From the IMG/VR virus record IMGVR_UViG_3300025626_002437: a DNA stretch of 64,000 nucleotides; one strand, 5' to 3'. A program made the position numbers and the translations under genes. The stretch is from an uncultured virus (IMG/VR IMGVR_UViG_3300025626_002437). Lineage: Duplodnaviria > Heunggongvirae > Uroviricota > Caudoviricetes. The notes under the pieces are model-generated. The model ran no database searches. It was not told where the DNA came from and saw only the letters and a list, made by a program, of their open reading frames with translations. Below, piece by piece: positions 1 to 9,284 of this stretch; the first letter of the stretch is position 1; every line of letters starts with the position of its first letter.

Positions 1-306
1 TTAAGCGACTTGTTTAACATGCTTACAATTTCCTCTAAATGTATAACCAGGACAAGAGCATTTACCATCTTCGATAGTGTATACTTTACCATTACTACCT
101 TGTACTTGTATTACATCAGCGGCTAATTCTTCTGGTCTTTCACCTATCTTAGTAAACTTACGTCTGCTCTTAGAGAATTGTTTAATTGGATTTTTAAATA
201 CTTTATCATTATGCTGAACAAGTTGTCCTGCACTATTAACATGATAAACACCATTTGCAACTGGGTATTTGCCCCAATCAGTTATTTCTTGTAGTATTTC
301 GATCAT
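1..306 (-). CDS. SWIM zinc-finger protein
   Basis: C-terminal CSCPGYTFRGNCKH matches SWIM CxC-x(n)-CxH; AGGAG SD at 313-317 and a sigma70 promoter upstream. Confidence 0.75.
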   Translation of the reverse strand: MIEILQEITDWGKYPVANGVYHVNSAGQLVQHNDKVFKNPIKQFSKSRRKFTKIGERPEELAADVIQVQGSNGKVYTIEDGKCSCPGYTFRGNCKHVKQVA

Positions 307-331
307 ATGTAACTCCTAACAATTTAAGTAT

Positions 332-360
332 ATTATACTAAATTAAGAAGTCTCTGTCAA
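332..360 (-). promoter_or_regulatory. sigma70-type (early) promoter
   Basis: TTGACA-17 nt-TATAAT perfect consensus on the minus strand upstream of the SWIM gene. Confidence 0.85.
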
Positions 361-961
361 CCAGAAAAAGTGGCTCAAGTGTTAAATCACACTCTAAAAA
401 GTAGCAATCTCTTTTAGTATTATTTTGTGTACCATAATAAAAATCGTTGCTATTTAAAAATAAAAGTGCATCTAAGTAATCCCAATCTTTTTCTACTATT
501 ACATCGGTAACTGGCCAATCCATGTTACTAGTAAATAAAACTGGTGGCGTTAGTAAATAATCATTTAAATTTACAATAATTTTACCAAATATAATTCTGT
601 TATCATTGTATGGTGTTTTTTTATATCCCACAGAGTGTTTAACAATACTAGAATGATAACTTAATATTGTTTTTAAATAGTCAGGATCTCTTATGTTATC
701 GGTTGCCCATTGGTCGTACAAATAATCACCAATTTCTTCTATTGGTAGATTATCAATTATTCTATGAGAGCCAAAATAACCTAATAAATTTTCTAAATTC
801 TTTATGGTATTTCCTGAAGGCTCGACTAGTAAATGTTTACCATTTTCAATTTCATCCCATTCGGTTTGTTCGCTGATTTCTTCTGGTTTCAGTTTCCAGT
901 TCAAAGAACCATTCCAAATAGGAAGTCCCTCAATTACTGGATTTGGGTTTATCTTTATCAT
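338..961 (-). CDS. hypothetical protein
   Basis: Long ORF in the local gene orientation; start moved to MIKINPNP (961) because a small upstream ORF occupies 930-1082. Confidence 0.6.
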   Translation of the reverse strand: MIKINPNPVIEGLPIWNGSLNWKLKPEEISEQTEWDEIENGKHLLVEPSGNTIKNLENLLGYFGSHRIIDNLPIEEIGDYLYDQWATDNIRDPDYLKTILSYHSSIVKHSVGYKKTPYNDNRIIFGKIIVNLNDYLLTPPVLFTSNMDWPVTDVIVEKDWDYLDALLFLNSNDFYYGTQNNTKRDCYFLECDLTLEPLFLVDRDFLI

Positions 962-1082
962 CTTTTTCTTTTTTGTTATTACCAAAAATCTTTTCCCAGT
1001 TATCCTGGTACGCTCTTGGGTTCTTTGGATCAGTAGGCCTTTGCTTAGAGCCTTTGCCTGTGAAGTGTTTATCTGCTGACAT
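930..1082 (-). CDS. small basic phage protein (50 aa, not in ORF track)
   Basis: MSADKHFTGKGSKQRPTDPKNPRAYQDNWEKIFG...; GKGS.QRP...Y..NW..IFG pattern typical of small T4-like phage ORFs; GGA SD upstream. Confidence 0.65.
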   Translation of the reverse strand: MSADKHFTGKGSKQRPTDPKNPRAYQDNWEKIFGNNKKEKDDKDKPKSSN

Positions 1083-1099
1083 GTATATTTTCCTTTGTG

Positions 1100-1291
1100 T
1101 TAATCAAAAAAATGCAGTTCCTTATATTTTCTAAAATGCGGTATCTTTTCATATGTATCGCAATCAAAGTCACAATTCTTACACCATTTTTCTATTGGGT
1201 GATCGCATGTAGGAAAAACAAAATGGTCTGGCACTTCTAAATTTTGATTCCGATAGTGCTGTTTCAACTCTTCTTGATCTTGTTTTGTCAT
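1100..1291 (-). CDS. small Cys-rich hypothetical protein
   Basis: 63 aa ORF with CxxC motif, ATGA-coupled to the upstream gene. Confidence 0.55.
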   Translation of the reverse strand: MTKQDQEELKQHYRNQNLEVPDHFVFPTCDHPIEKWCKNCDFDCDTYEKIPHFRKYKELHFFD

Positions 1292-1776
1292 CCTCTTCTC
1301 ATTCTTGCAATGTCTATTGCTTGTGTTGTGCCTTTCATTACTGGTACTGCGTTAGACTTATGCATTGTAGCAATACCTGTTATAAGGTCGCCTGTGTACT
1401 TCATAGGCTCCTTCTTAGTGCCTTTACCATCACCTAGTTTGTTGAACTCGCCTTTCTTCATAGCCTCTTCCATAAGACTAGGATATTTTTCTCTATGCTC
1501 TCTGTCTAGTTCTGCTCTCCAGTTAGTTTCAGGTGTTCTAATCTTAAATGTACTTCTATCACGAGGATCAGGTTTTTTCTTGAGACCATAGCAGTACTCT
1601 ATGTAATCTTCAAGTGTGTCGTATCTAAAGGCATGCATATGATTACGTTTGCAATCCTTGTTGTGTTTACGCCACCTAAGTTCTACCTCTTGCAACTTTG
1701 CTTTTGTCAACTTAGGCATCTTGCGTGTCTTACGAGTATTTATGGTACTCAGACCTTGTTGTAGATGCATTGTCAT
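1288..1776 (-). CDS. conserved phage hypothetical protein
   Basis: C-terminal YTGDLITGIATMHKSNAVPV motif recalled from T4-like phages; ATG at 1776 just downstream of a sigma70 promoter. Confidence 0.65.
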   Translation of the reverse strand: MTMHLQQGLSTINTRKTRKMPKLTKAKLQEVELRWRKHNKDCKRNHMHAFRYDTLEDYIEYCYGLKKKPDPRDRSTFKIRTPETNWRAELDREHREKYPSLMEEAMKKGEFNKLGDGKGTKKEPMKYTGDLITGIATMHKSNAVPVMKGTTQAIDIARMRRG

Positions 1777-1783
1777 AGTTATA

Positions 1784-1812
1784 AATATAACACAATGTCT
1801 ACCAAAGGTCAA
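1784..1812 (-). promoter_or_regulatory. sigma70-type promoter, probably giving a leaderless mRNA
   Basis: TTGACC-17 nt-TATATT; ATG 7 nt after the -10 box. Confidence 0.6.
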
Positions 1813-1819
1813 GAAAAAA

Positions 1820-2515
1820 ATGCCCCTATTTCATAACGGTGATGACCTAGTTTTATTTGTTCATGTTCCTAAATGCGGTGGTACTGCTATAGAAAATTCT
1901 TTTAGAAATGCTGGTTACGACTGGGGATATTTAAATGAGCCAATGAAGACAGGCTACGATGAAAAGCCATGTAATCCACAGCATTACCATGCAGAACTCA
2001 TAGAAAAACTTATAATGCCCAGTGAAAATTGCACAGATCAATTTACAGTTATTAGAAATCCATATACTAGACTGATATCAGAATTTATGTGGCAAACTAA
2101 TATTGGGCAATTAGTAACAGCAGAAGGATTTACTGATAACTTTTTTAAATATTTAGAAGAATTTACAATACAAAGACTTACTGCATATAAAACAAACGAG
2201 TTTCAATATAGAATGGACACTGATGCATTTTTAAGAAATAAGTTGTCATTTGTGTTTGATAACCACATGCGACCGCAACATCATTACGTTACTAGTGACT
2301 GGAACATTTATTGGTTTGAAGAAATGGATACAAAGTTCTGGCCTGAAATATCAAACAAGTACGGTATAACTATACCTGGTAGTATTAACCAGACTCTTGA
2401 TAGAAAAATAGAAAGACCAACAGAACACAAAGGAAGCAATCAACAATTTAAGGATTTGTTTACTGAGTTTTACTACGAGGATTGTAAGTTGTTTGGTTAC
2501 AACTTGCCTTTTTGA
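1820..2515 (+). CDS. sulfotransferase family protein
   Basis: 5'-PSB motif FVHVPKCGGTAI, 3'-PB motif RNPYTRLISEF, H..PQ, and C-terminal YYEDCKLFGY. Confidence 0.85.
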   Translation: MPLFHNGDDLVLFVHVPKCGGTAIENSFRNAGYDWGYLNEPMKTGYDEKPCNPQHYHAELIEKLIMPSENCTDQFTVIRNPYTRLISEFMWQTNIGQLVTAEGFTDNFFKYLEEFTIQRLTAYKTNEFQYRMDTDAFLRNKLSFVFDNHMRPQHHYVTSDWNIYWFEEMDTKFWPEISNKYGITIPGSINQTLDRKIERPTEHKGSNQQFKDLFTEFYYEDCKLFGYNLPF

Positions 2516-2724
2516 TCATCCTCAAACAACTTTGCTAAATTATACCACATTCTTTCGTGCCCATAGTATAATATAAATTTAATAATTAAATCTGCTACAA
2601 ACACGCCTGCTACTGCTTTTTGTGGCAATCCAAAAGATAATGCTATCAAGGCTGTTGTTATTGATGCTATAATACGCCACGTTACTGCTTTTGACAAGTG
2701 AAGTTTTTGCGATTTATCCATCAA
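2497..2724 (-). CDS. DUF2061-type small membrane protein
   Basis: SKAVTWRIIAS ... KFILYYGHERMW signature with two hydrophobic segments. Confidence 0.75.
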   Translation of the reverse strand: MMDKSQKLHLSKAVTWRIIASITTALIALSFGLPQKAVAGVFVADLIIKFILYYGHERMWYNLAKLFEDDQKGKL

Positions 2725-3161
2725 CTGTAGTCTTGTAGCATTTTCCTTATTTCTAATGCGTGTTGCTCTTCCATGCCAATCTGCCCTCTAGCATATTCTT
2801 CTAACATTATACTAGCATCTGCAACTTCTTCTAATAGAACTTTGTACATTTCTACAGCCGCCATTTCATGTGCTAAACTTTCTTGTAGAATTTGTTCAAC
2901 ACTATGATTGTGATTTTCTTCAATAGGCGAAATATTTTGACTTGGGTGACCGTTAAAGCCTGTGATGTATTCGCCTGCCTGCAAGGCGTGTGCTAAACTT
3001 TCATTGGCTTGTTCTTGTAAGAATGTCACGATAGGAATCCTATTAGGTCCTCTGACCATTAGTGAACTGTGAGCATAACGTACTACACCAGCCATTTCTA
3101 ATTCCACTATTCTATTAAGTATATCGCATACTTTCGATTCATTTAAATCTTTCAATTCCAT
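2721..3161 (-). CDS. bfr: bacterioferritin / ferritin-like diiron protein
   Basis: Four-helix ferritin pattern ELEMAGVVRY, ESLAH, AHEMAAVEMY, EEQH. Confidence 0.75.
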   Translation of the reverse strand: MELKDLNESKVCDILNRIVELEMAGVVRYAHSSLMVRGPNRIPIVTFLQEQANESLAHALQAGEYITGFNGHPSQNISPIEENHNHSVEQILQESLAHEMAAVEMYKVLLEEVADASIMLEEYARGQIGMEEQHALEIRKMLQDYS

Positions 3162-3202
3162 ATATCCTTATTTTCCTAATAAACTCATTCCTAATTCTTT
3201 CA

Positions 3203-4000
3203 TTATTCTCCGTAATTTGGTCCAACATCCAATCTTTTAATGTCGGTTTCTTCTAATATCTCTCCTGCCCAAACTTCGACTATACGCAACGGCACTTGGC
3301 CTGGGTTACTTAGTTTGTGTGTCTGTGCTGGCCTAATATACACACTTTCGCCTTCTGGAATATAAAATTCTCTTTCAGGCATTTGTCTAGTAGCACCTTG
3401 TTTAAGATGTCCTATACCGCTTAATACTATCCAGTGTTCGCTTCTGTGAAAATGAAATTGATCACTAAGTTCTTTACCTGGATCTATCTCAAGTTCCTTA
3501 ACAACATATCCTTCACCGGCATATAGTTGCCTGTATCTGCCCCATGGTCGTTCAATGACTGTGGTTGTGTAATCTTGTAATAACTTACTACTACTTGCAA
3601 CTTTGGCTTCACCGCCAATGCCGAACTCTAGTGCTACATCGTATTTATTGCATATATCTGTTTCTCGTATTCTTTTAGTATCACTACGATCACCGCCATT
3701 GCAAAAACATATTCTTGCATCAGGATTTCTAATTGCAAAATTCATAATAGCATTACTGCTACTATCATCTACATCTTGAGATTGTATGATTACTTGACTT
3801 ACACACTTCATTTCTTCCAGTATGGCTTTTCGCTGAACTTGATCCATAAATGGTCTGCCTTTCTTTCTAGTAAGCCATTCGTCGCTGTTAAGTAGCACTA
3901 TTACATTGTCTGCTAACTTACTTGCATCTTTAAACATTTGCAAATGTCCAAGATGCACAGGATCAAACCCGCCACTAACGAGTGCGTAATCATATTTCAT
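3203..4000 (-). CDS. cytidylyltransferase fused to mannose-6-phosphate isomerase-like cupin
   Basis: N-terminal SGGFDPVHLGH (HxGH), NGGDR, SSS; C-terminal ERPWG...LSDQFHFHRSEHW cupin as in the ManC C-terminus. Confidence 0.85.
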   Translation of the reverse strand: MKYDYALVSGGFDPVHLGHLQMFKDASKLADNVIVLLNSDEWLTRKKGRPFMDQVQRKAILEEMKCVSQVIIQSQDVDDSSSNAIMNFAIRNPDARICFCNGGDRSDTKRIRETDICNKYDVALEFGIGGEAKVASSSKLLQDYTTTVIERPWGRYRQLYAGEGYVVKELEIDPGKELSDQFHFHRSEHWIVLSGIGHLKQGATRQMPEREFYIPEGESVYIRPAQTHKLSNPGQVPLRIVEVWAGEILEETDIKRLDVGPNYGE

Positions 4001-4002
4001 TC

Positions 4003-4416
4003 TTACTTCCTTGCCCAATCTCTTTGTTGCATGAGCCTCTTAGTTGCACGATATTTGTTTAGTGATCTTTTACCTTTAAGGTGTTTTTGGCCAACTGTTG
4101 CTGGAGGCATTGCTTCCCCTCTCATTATTTTCTCACGCAACAATTTTTGTCCTTTTTTAACACCTGTGGCTTTTACTCTTTTACGTTTAGCACTTGGTTT
4201 TTCGTAGTATTCTCTTTTAGCAAGTTCTTTTTGGAAATTATCTTTTAATAATTTTTTCTTTAAAGTTCTGATTGCTTGGTCTACATTACCATTGCGAACG
4301 TATATTGCAGAATCAAATGGATCACGTGGCTCGAACTTCTTTTTGAAGTCTTGCTTCTTTTTGTAATCATATTGATATCCTTTCTTGATATCATTTCCTT
4401 TAAATTTGTTATTCAA
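4003..4416 (-). CDS. rpsU: phage-encoded ribosomal protein bS21 with N- and C-terminal extensions
   Basis: Core VRNGNVDQAIRTLKKKL...ELAKREYYEKPSAKRKR matches bS21; TTG start with GAGGT SD. Confidence 0.85.
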   Translation of the reverse strand: MNNKFKGNDIKKGYQYDYKKKQDFKKKFEPRDPFDSAIYVRNGNVDQAIRTLKKKLLKDNFQKELAKREYYEKPSAKRKRVKATGVKKGQKLLREKIMRGEAMPPATVGQKHLKGKRSLNKYRATKRLMQQRDWARK

Positions 4417-4443
4417 CTTTACCTCTTTTTTAATATTATTTTT

Positions 4444-4472
4444 ATTATACTAGTTATCATCTAGTTTGTCAA
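4444..4472 (-). promoter_or_regulatory. sigma70-type promoter for bS21
   Basis: TTGACA-17 nt-TATAAT perfect consensus overlapping the clpX 3' end. Confidence 0.85.
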
Positions 4473-5688
4473 CCTCGTTGATATACGAAATTGTACTGTG
4501 ATCTAGATCGTTAATATACATTTCTTTGACTTTTTTCTCTTTAAGATCTGTTATATTATATGTTAAATCTATAAAATATGCTTCTAAAATACTTCTTATA
4601 CCTCTAGCACCTGTTTTTATTTTGATTGCTTCTTCTGATACTGTTTTATAAAAGTTATCTGTAAAGCCTATAATTATTCCTTCAAGTTTGTATAACGCCT
4701 TAACTTGATTGCTAACACTATTTTTACTTTCTTGTTGTATGTGTATTAAGTCATTAACATCCAAAGTTGTTAAACCTGCTAAGACAGGTACCCTTCCTAC
4801 TAGTTCTGGTATTAATCCGTATTGTATAATATCTTCATGTGTAGCATGTAAATAAACATCTTTGTCTAAGTCATTTTCGCTATCAAGTGCAGATTTAAAT
4901 CCTATTTTATTTTTCTTGTTTACTCTTGCTTTAATAATTTTATCTATTCCGACAAATGCTCCGCCCAATATAAACAAAATATTATCAGTGCTAAATTCTA
5001 TTTTTTCACTTGATAATTTATTTGAACCAACGTTTATGTACGTTGTTGTGCCTTCTATTAATCTCAAGAGTGCTTGTTGGACGCCTTCGCCACTGACATC
5101 ACGTGTAGATGTGTTAGACTCACTGCTACGAGCCTTTTTATCTAATTCGTCGATAAACACTATGCCTTTTTCAGCAAGAGCAACATCTCCATTGGCGGCT
5201 TGTATTAATCTTTCAAGTACACTTTCTGCATCTTCACCGACATACCCTGCTTCAGTTAATGTGGTTGCATCTGCTATTGTAAAAGGTACTTTTAGTTTTT
5301 TAGATAGTGTTTTAGCAAGTAATGTTTTACCAACACCAGACGGACCTAGCATTAGTATATTACTTTTTTCTATTTCGACGCCATCTACTACAGGTGAATC
5401 AATGCGTTTATAATGATTGTATGCACTTACACTTAAAACTTTTTTGGCATATTCTTGCCCTACAATATATTGGTCTAAGTACTCGCGTATTTCTTTTGGA
5501 TCAGCAATGTTTTCTAATTGTAAGTCATCATCGTCGAACTCATCGTCTATAATTTTATATGATAAATCTATACATTCGTTGCAAATGTAGACATCTGGAC
5601 CTGCAACAAGTTTATTAACTTCGCTTCTATGCTTGCCACAAAAATTACATGATAGTGAGTTTTTATCTGTGCTGTTGTCTTCTGTCAT
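4450..5688 (-). CDS. clpX: ATP-dependent Clp protease ATP-binding subunit ClpX
   Basis: C4 zinc finger CNFCGK...ICNEC, Walker A GPSGVGKT, ADATTLTEAGYVGED, Walker B IVFIDE, RDVSGEGVQQALL, IGF loop, TGARGIR. Confidence 0.95.
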   Translation of the reverse strand: MTEDNSTDKNSLSCNFCGKHRSEVNKLVAGPDVYICNECIDLSYKIIDDEFDDDDLQLENIADPKEIREYLDQYIVGQEYAKKVLSVSAYNHYKRIDSPVVDGVEIEKSNILMLGPSGVGKTLLAKTLSKKLKVPFTIADATTLTEAGYVGEDAESVLERLIQAANGDVALAEKGIVFIDELDKKARSSESNTSTRDVSGEGVQQALLRLIEGTTTYINVGSNKLSSEKIEFSTDNILFILGGAFVGIDKIIKARVNKKNKIGFKSALDSENDLDKDVYLHATHEDIIQYGLIPELVGRVPVLAGLTTLDVNDLIHIQQESKNSVSNQVKALYKLEGIIIGFTDNFYKTVSEEAIKIKTGARGIRSILEAYFIDLTYNITDLKEKKVKEMYINDLDHSTISYINEVDKLDDN

Positions 5689-6227
5689 TAACTTTTAGGT
5701 TTCTTAATGTAGTATTTACTATCTGTAGGATTTTCTTTGTTATCTACTGGCAATTCAGTCTTGGGAGTAAATGTCCAACTGTTTGGTACTTTTGGTTTTG
5801 GTTTAGGTGCTACTGGAACTTCGACTATTTTTTCAACAATTCGCTCTGGTCCGGGGACTTCGACTTCCACGATTCTTTCCACGATTCGCTCTGGTCCGGG
5901 GACTTCAACAATTCGCTCTGGTCCGGGAACTTCGACTTCGCGAGTGACCACGACCTCCTTTGTGACAGGGACCTCCTTCTCAATTGTGACAACCTTCTCG
6001 ACCTCAACAGGAACCTCCTTAATAACTTCCTTAATGATTTCTTTTTCTATTATAACTTCTTTAGGTTTTATGTCAAGCGAATTCTTAACATCTTTGAGAT
6101 TTTCTAGTGTTCGTTTATACTTATCGTTTAATTCGTCTAATTGCTTTTGATACCTATATTCTGAATCTTTTAATTCGGTTTCAAGTTCGTCGATTTTTAA
6201 ATTTTTTTTTTGGTGATACTGTCGTAG
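5688..6227 (-). CDS. start-less -1 frame extension of the upstream membrane protein (coiled coil plus VPGPERIV repeats)
   Basis: Frame is open from 6227 to the stop at 5688 with no ATG; it overlaps the end of 6197..7801 across an A10 run; the ORF track shows only its last 87 aa. Confidence 0.7.
   Translation of the reverse strand, partial: LRQYHQKKNLKIDELETELKDSEYRYQKQLDELNDKYKRTLENLKDVKNSLDIKPKEVIIEKEIIKEVIKEVPVEVEKVVTIEKEVPVTKEVVVTREVEVPGPERIVEVPGPERIVERIVEVEVPGPERIVEKIVEVPVAPKPKPKVPNSWTFTPKTELPVDNKENPTDSKYYIKKPKS
5839..5927. repeat. three 17-bp coding repeats (ATTCGCTCTGGTCCGGG) encoding PGPERI
   Basis: Copies at 5839, 5884 and 5911. Confidence 0.85.
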
Positions 6228-7801
6228 TTAGCAATAACGTTGGCAACAATTTCTGCTTTAGAAAATTGAGCAGGTATTTCAACACCACCATCTAGTGCCA
6301 TTTGTAAAAGTTGCGATTTAGTCTTGCCACCTAATATTTTGTTTAGGTCGTCTTCTAGTTTTTCTGTTTTCTCAATTTGATTTACAATGTCTGCTGTTTT
6401 TTGATTGTCAATATTAACAATTGGCTCATTGATACTTTCAAAGAAAGTTTTATCTCTACCATTGTAATCACTCATCACATCAGCGGCATCATCAACAGCA
6501 CTTGGCAGTGGTTTGTAATCTTCGTCTGATATTTCCTCTACTACTTCTCTGCCTGTTGCTTCATCGATTTCAAATTCTTCCACACTTTCTTCCGGTTCTG
6601 GGTCTGGATCTTTTGGTGGTAGTGGAGGACCACTGCTTTCTAAGTTAATACCATGACGTAATAATGTTTGGTTAGCGGCAATAACTAGCATAACTGCTAG
6701 TGGATCAAATACAAATACTAATAGTAGAATGAATAAACGTATTGCCTGGTCTAACACATCACGTTCGTCATTACCATATATTAATTGTGCCAAGTATTTA
6801 ATTGGTCCTACTTCTCTATCTAGTGTCCTAACTTTTTGTTCTGCGTCAAATTTCTCGTCTTTAAGTGCTACTATGTTACTGTAAATGGCGTCAATGTCGC
6901 TGTTAAAAGTATCTATCTTTATTAAGTTATCATCTGCCTGCGATGAACTCTGGCCACGCAATCTGTTAATTTCATCATTAGCACCTTTAATAGTGTCTTG
7001 CGCCTGTGCCCTGTAATTGTCAATTGCATCTTGGAAAACTTTAATGTCTTTACTTGCTTGATCTCTTAGTCTAATCTTCTCATCTCTGATTTCATCTCTT
7101 TCATCTGTTTGGCTATTTCGCAGTTCGTTAGCCTGTGCTACATAATCTATCTTTTCTGTTTCAGCACCTTGGAATATTCCGCCTTCGTCGAGTGTGATAA
7201 TTTCTATACCTTTACTTCTTAAATCATTTACTGCTTTATCTAGTTCTGCTAATCTACTATCCTGTTGAGAGAGATCTACTGTGAGTTGTTCTCTAACTGT
7301 GGTTATTTGTTCTTGGTTGTAATCAATGTCACCTTGAACTCTAATCCAAGCACCATCTCTGATTTCTTCTTGTTGTGTTATGCTAGAACTAACATCAATG
7401 GAACCACCGATGCTTTGTATTCTGTCTTCTAATATTACAATTTTATTTTCTTCTCTGGCTATTTGAGCATCTACACGTTCTACTATTGCTACAGCATCTC
7501 CTGTGTTACTTGCTTGATCTCCAGCGGCTTTGCTGAGATAACCAAAGATACCTATACTTGTAATAACCATTAGTATGACAACTGCGGTCGTGAGGTAGGC
7601 CCGTAACATTAAGGATGTTTCGTTCCAATATCTGTACAGCCAACTTGCTGTTAGTAGTTTACCTACTTCAAGTGTGCCAGCCATTACGGCTATACTCAGT
7701 GGCATACCACTAAATAGTAGCATTAAGCCGACTATGGAAAACCATGCGGCAACACCGGCAATAGCCAGAGCAGTTATTAATGTTAGAATACCAAATATCA
7801 T
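6197..7801 (-). CDS. multi-pass membrane protein with long coiled coil
   Basis: About three N-terminal TM helices, a long heptad-rich region, one further TM (FILLLVFVFDPLAV) and an acidic tail; ATG at 7801 is 5 nt after GATAAATA. Confidence 0.8.
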   Translation of the reverse strand: MIFGILTLITALAIAGVAAWFSIVGLMLLFSGMPLSIAVMAGTLEVGKLLTASWLYRYWNETSLMLRAYLTTAVVILMVITSIGIFGYLSKAAGDQASNTGDAVAIVERVDAQIAREENKIVILEDRIQSIGGSIDVSSSITQQEEIRDGAWIRVQGDIDYNQEQITTVREQLTVDLSQQDSRLAELDKAVNDLRSKGIEIITLDEGGIFQGAETEKIDYVAQANELRNSQTDERDEIRDEKIRLRDQASKDIKVFQDAIDNYRAQAQDTIKGANDEINRLRGQSSSQADDNLIKIDTFNSDIDAIYSNIVALKDEKFDAEQKVRTLDREVGPIKYLAQLIYGNDERDVLDQAIRLFILLLVFVFDPLAVMLVIAANQTLLRHGINLESSGPPLPPKDPDPEPEESVEEFEIDEATGREVVEEISDEDYKPLPSAVDDAADVMSDYNGRDKTFFESINEPIVNIDNQKTADIVNQIEKTEKLEDDLNKILGGKTKSQLLQMALDGGVEIPAQFSKAEIVANVIANYDSITKKKI

Positions 7802-7829
7802 ATACATATTTATCGGATAATATACACAT

Positions 7830-9284
7830 ATGAGAACAATTTTCGTTAACGCAACTGTAAATCCTACCGATTATAATACAGTACAGAAAAAAATAGCAAA
7901 AGCCTTTATCTCAGATTCTATACATGATAAAGACTATAACACACTTAATTATGTTAATAAACATGATTATATTAGGTGGGTATTACACAGGTCTAAACGT
8001 TTACGAAGAGAAATTTCCGTTAATTTGACATCAGATCATTTTATATATCCAGTATCAATTGATATTAACGAAGCAATCAATGTTGAAAGTCCGTTTTGGG
8101 TAGATTTAGTAAAAAGGTTTGAACCTATTCAAGATTGGCGTGTTGTTATATCTATTTCGGAGAAAGCGGCATTTAGTTTGCAAGGTGCAATTTTTAGTAA
8201 ATTTTTTAATCATCCAGAATTTAGTGCTATGGTGAGTGATATTTGGGAATGTGGTCCTCAAAAAGATACTAAACCGCAAACAGGAAGTGATGATAACGTT
8301 GAAGTATGGGAATACTTTGTAGAAAATTGTAAACGACATCTTAGACCTGCAGGAGAATGTAAACATAAACGATTTTATATAAAATCTAATTCAGACAAGG
8401 ATTATACACATTTTTTACAGTCACAAGGCGTAGATTTCGAAGTTGTGCCATTTGAATATTTTTTATTCGATGTAAACAATACATGTGGTATAAAGTCTTC
8501 CAGAAATATGGATATGATGGATTGGGAAGAAGCAATGGACGATCAGCCATTTGATATAGAAAAAGTTATGGATAGTGTTTGGCATGATGACAAGGAATAT
8601 GATGCATTGCTTTTAAATAGGATGCCAAAGCAACACAGACTAACAACTATTATAGAAGCAGAAAAACGCGGATTGCTAGATAACATGATATGGAGTTGTG
8701 GCGCAGAACCAATGGGCATGGTAACACCTGGAGAGGATCATGAATTAGATAGTAAAATTATTAATATGTTACCAAAACAAGCAGAATTTGAACCGCATGA
8801 TAACATATCAGGAAACAATATACCTATTCGCCACGACAGGAAATTTAATTTAAAATGGCCACAAAAATGCAAAGTAAACATAATTACAGAAAGTCAAGCA
8901 AGAGATTTGATCATTGAGCATACACCTCCACACCCGGTAAGATTTTTAACAGAAAAAACATTTAAAGCAATGGCGTGGGGAATGCCTTTTCTATTTGTAG
9001 GCAACCAACATGGCCTGCAACGTATAAGAGATTTAGGTTTTAAAACATTTCCAGAGTGGTTTGATGAAAGTTATGATGACCTAGAGAATTTTAATTTACG
9101 AATACAAGCCATGTTTGATTCCTTCGAAAAATTTCTATCAGAAGAGCATAGCATTGAAGAAATCAAAGATTCGCTTGTACATAATTTTAATATGATACAT
9201 GACACATATTGGGTATCTAGCAGATTAGTAGATCCGATGCGAATTATAATTGATAGAATTGACGAACAAAATATAGATGATTAA
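7830..9284 (+). CDS. putative glycosyltransferase-like protein ('TEK' paralog 1)
   Basis: LNRMPKQHR ... IITES ... FLTEKTFKAMAWGMPFLFVG ... LGFKTF...DESYD, shared with three other ORFs in the window. Confidence 0.55.
   Translation: MRTIFVNATVNPTDYNTVQKKIAKAFISDSIHDKDYNTLNYVNKHDYIRWVLHRSKRLRREISVNLTSDHFIYPVSIDINEAINVESPFWVDLVKRFEPIQDWRVVISISEKAAFSLQGAIFSKFFNHPEFSAMVSDIWECGPQKDTKPQTGSDDNVEVWEYFVENCKRHLRPAGECKHKRFYIKSNSDKDYTHFLQSQGVDFEVVPFEYFLFDVNNTCGIKSSRNMDMMDWEEAMDDQPFDIEKVMDSVWHDDKEYDALLLNRMPKQHRLTTIIEAEKRGLLDNMIWSCGAEPMGMVTPGEDHELDSKIINMLPKQAEFEPHDNISGNNIPIRHDRKFNLKWPQKCKVNIITESQARDLIIEHTPPHPVRFLTEKTFKAMAWGMPFLFVGNQHGLQRIRDLGFKTFPEWFDESYDDLENFNLRIQAMFDSFEKFLSEEHSIEEIKDSLVHNFNMIHDTYWVSSRLVDPMRIIIDRIDEQNIDD

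Noticed and set aside
6197..7807. Calling the membrane protein a pseudogene
   Set aside because: Both frames are otherwise intact, and the single break is at a homopolymer; recoding or sequencing error is more parsimonious than decay
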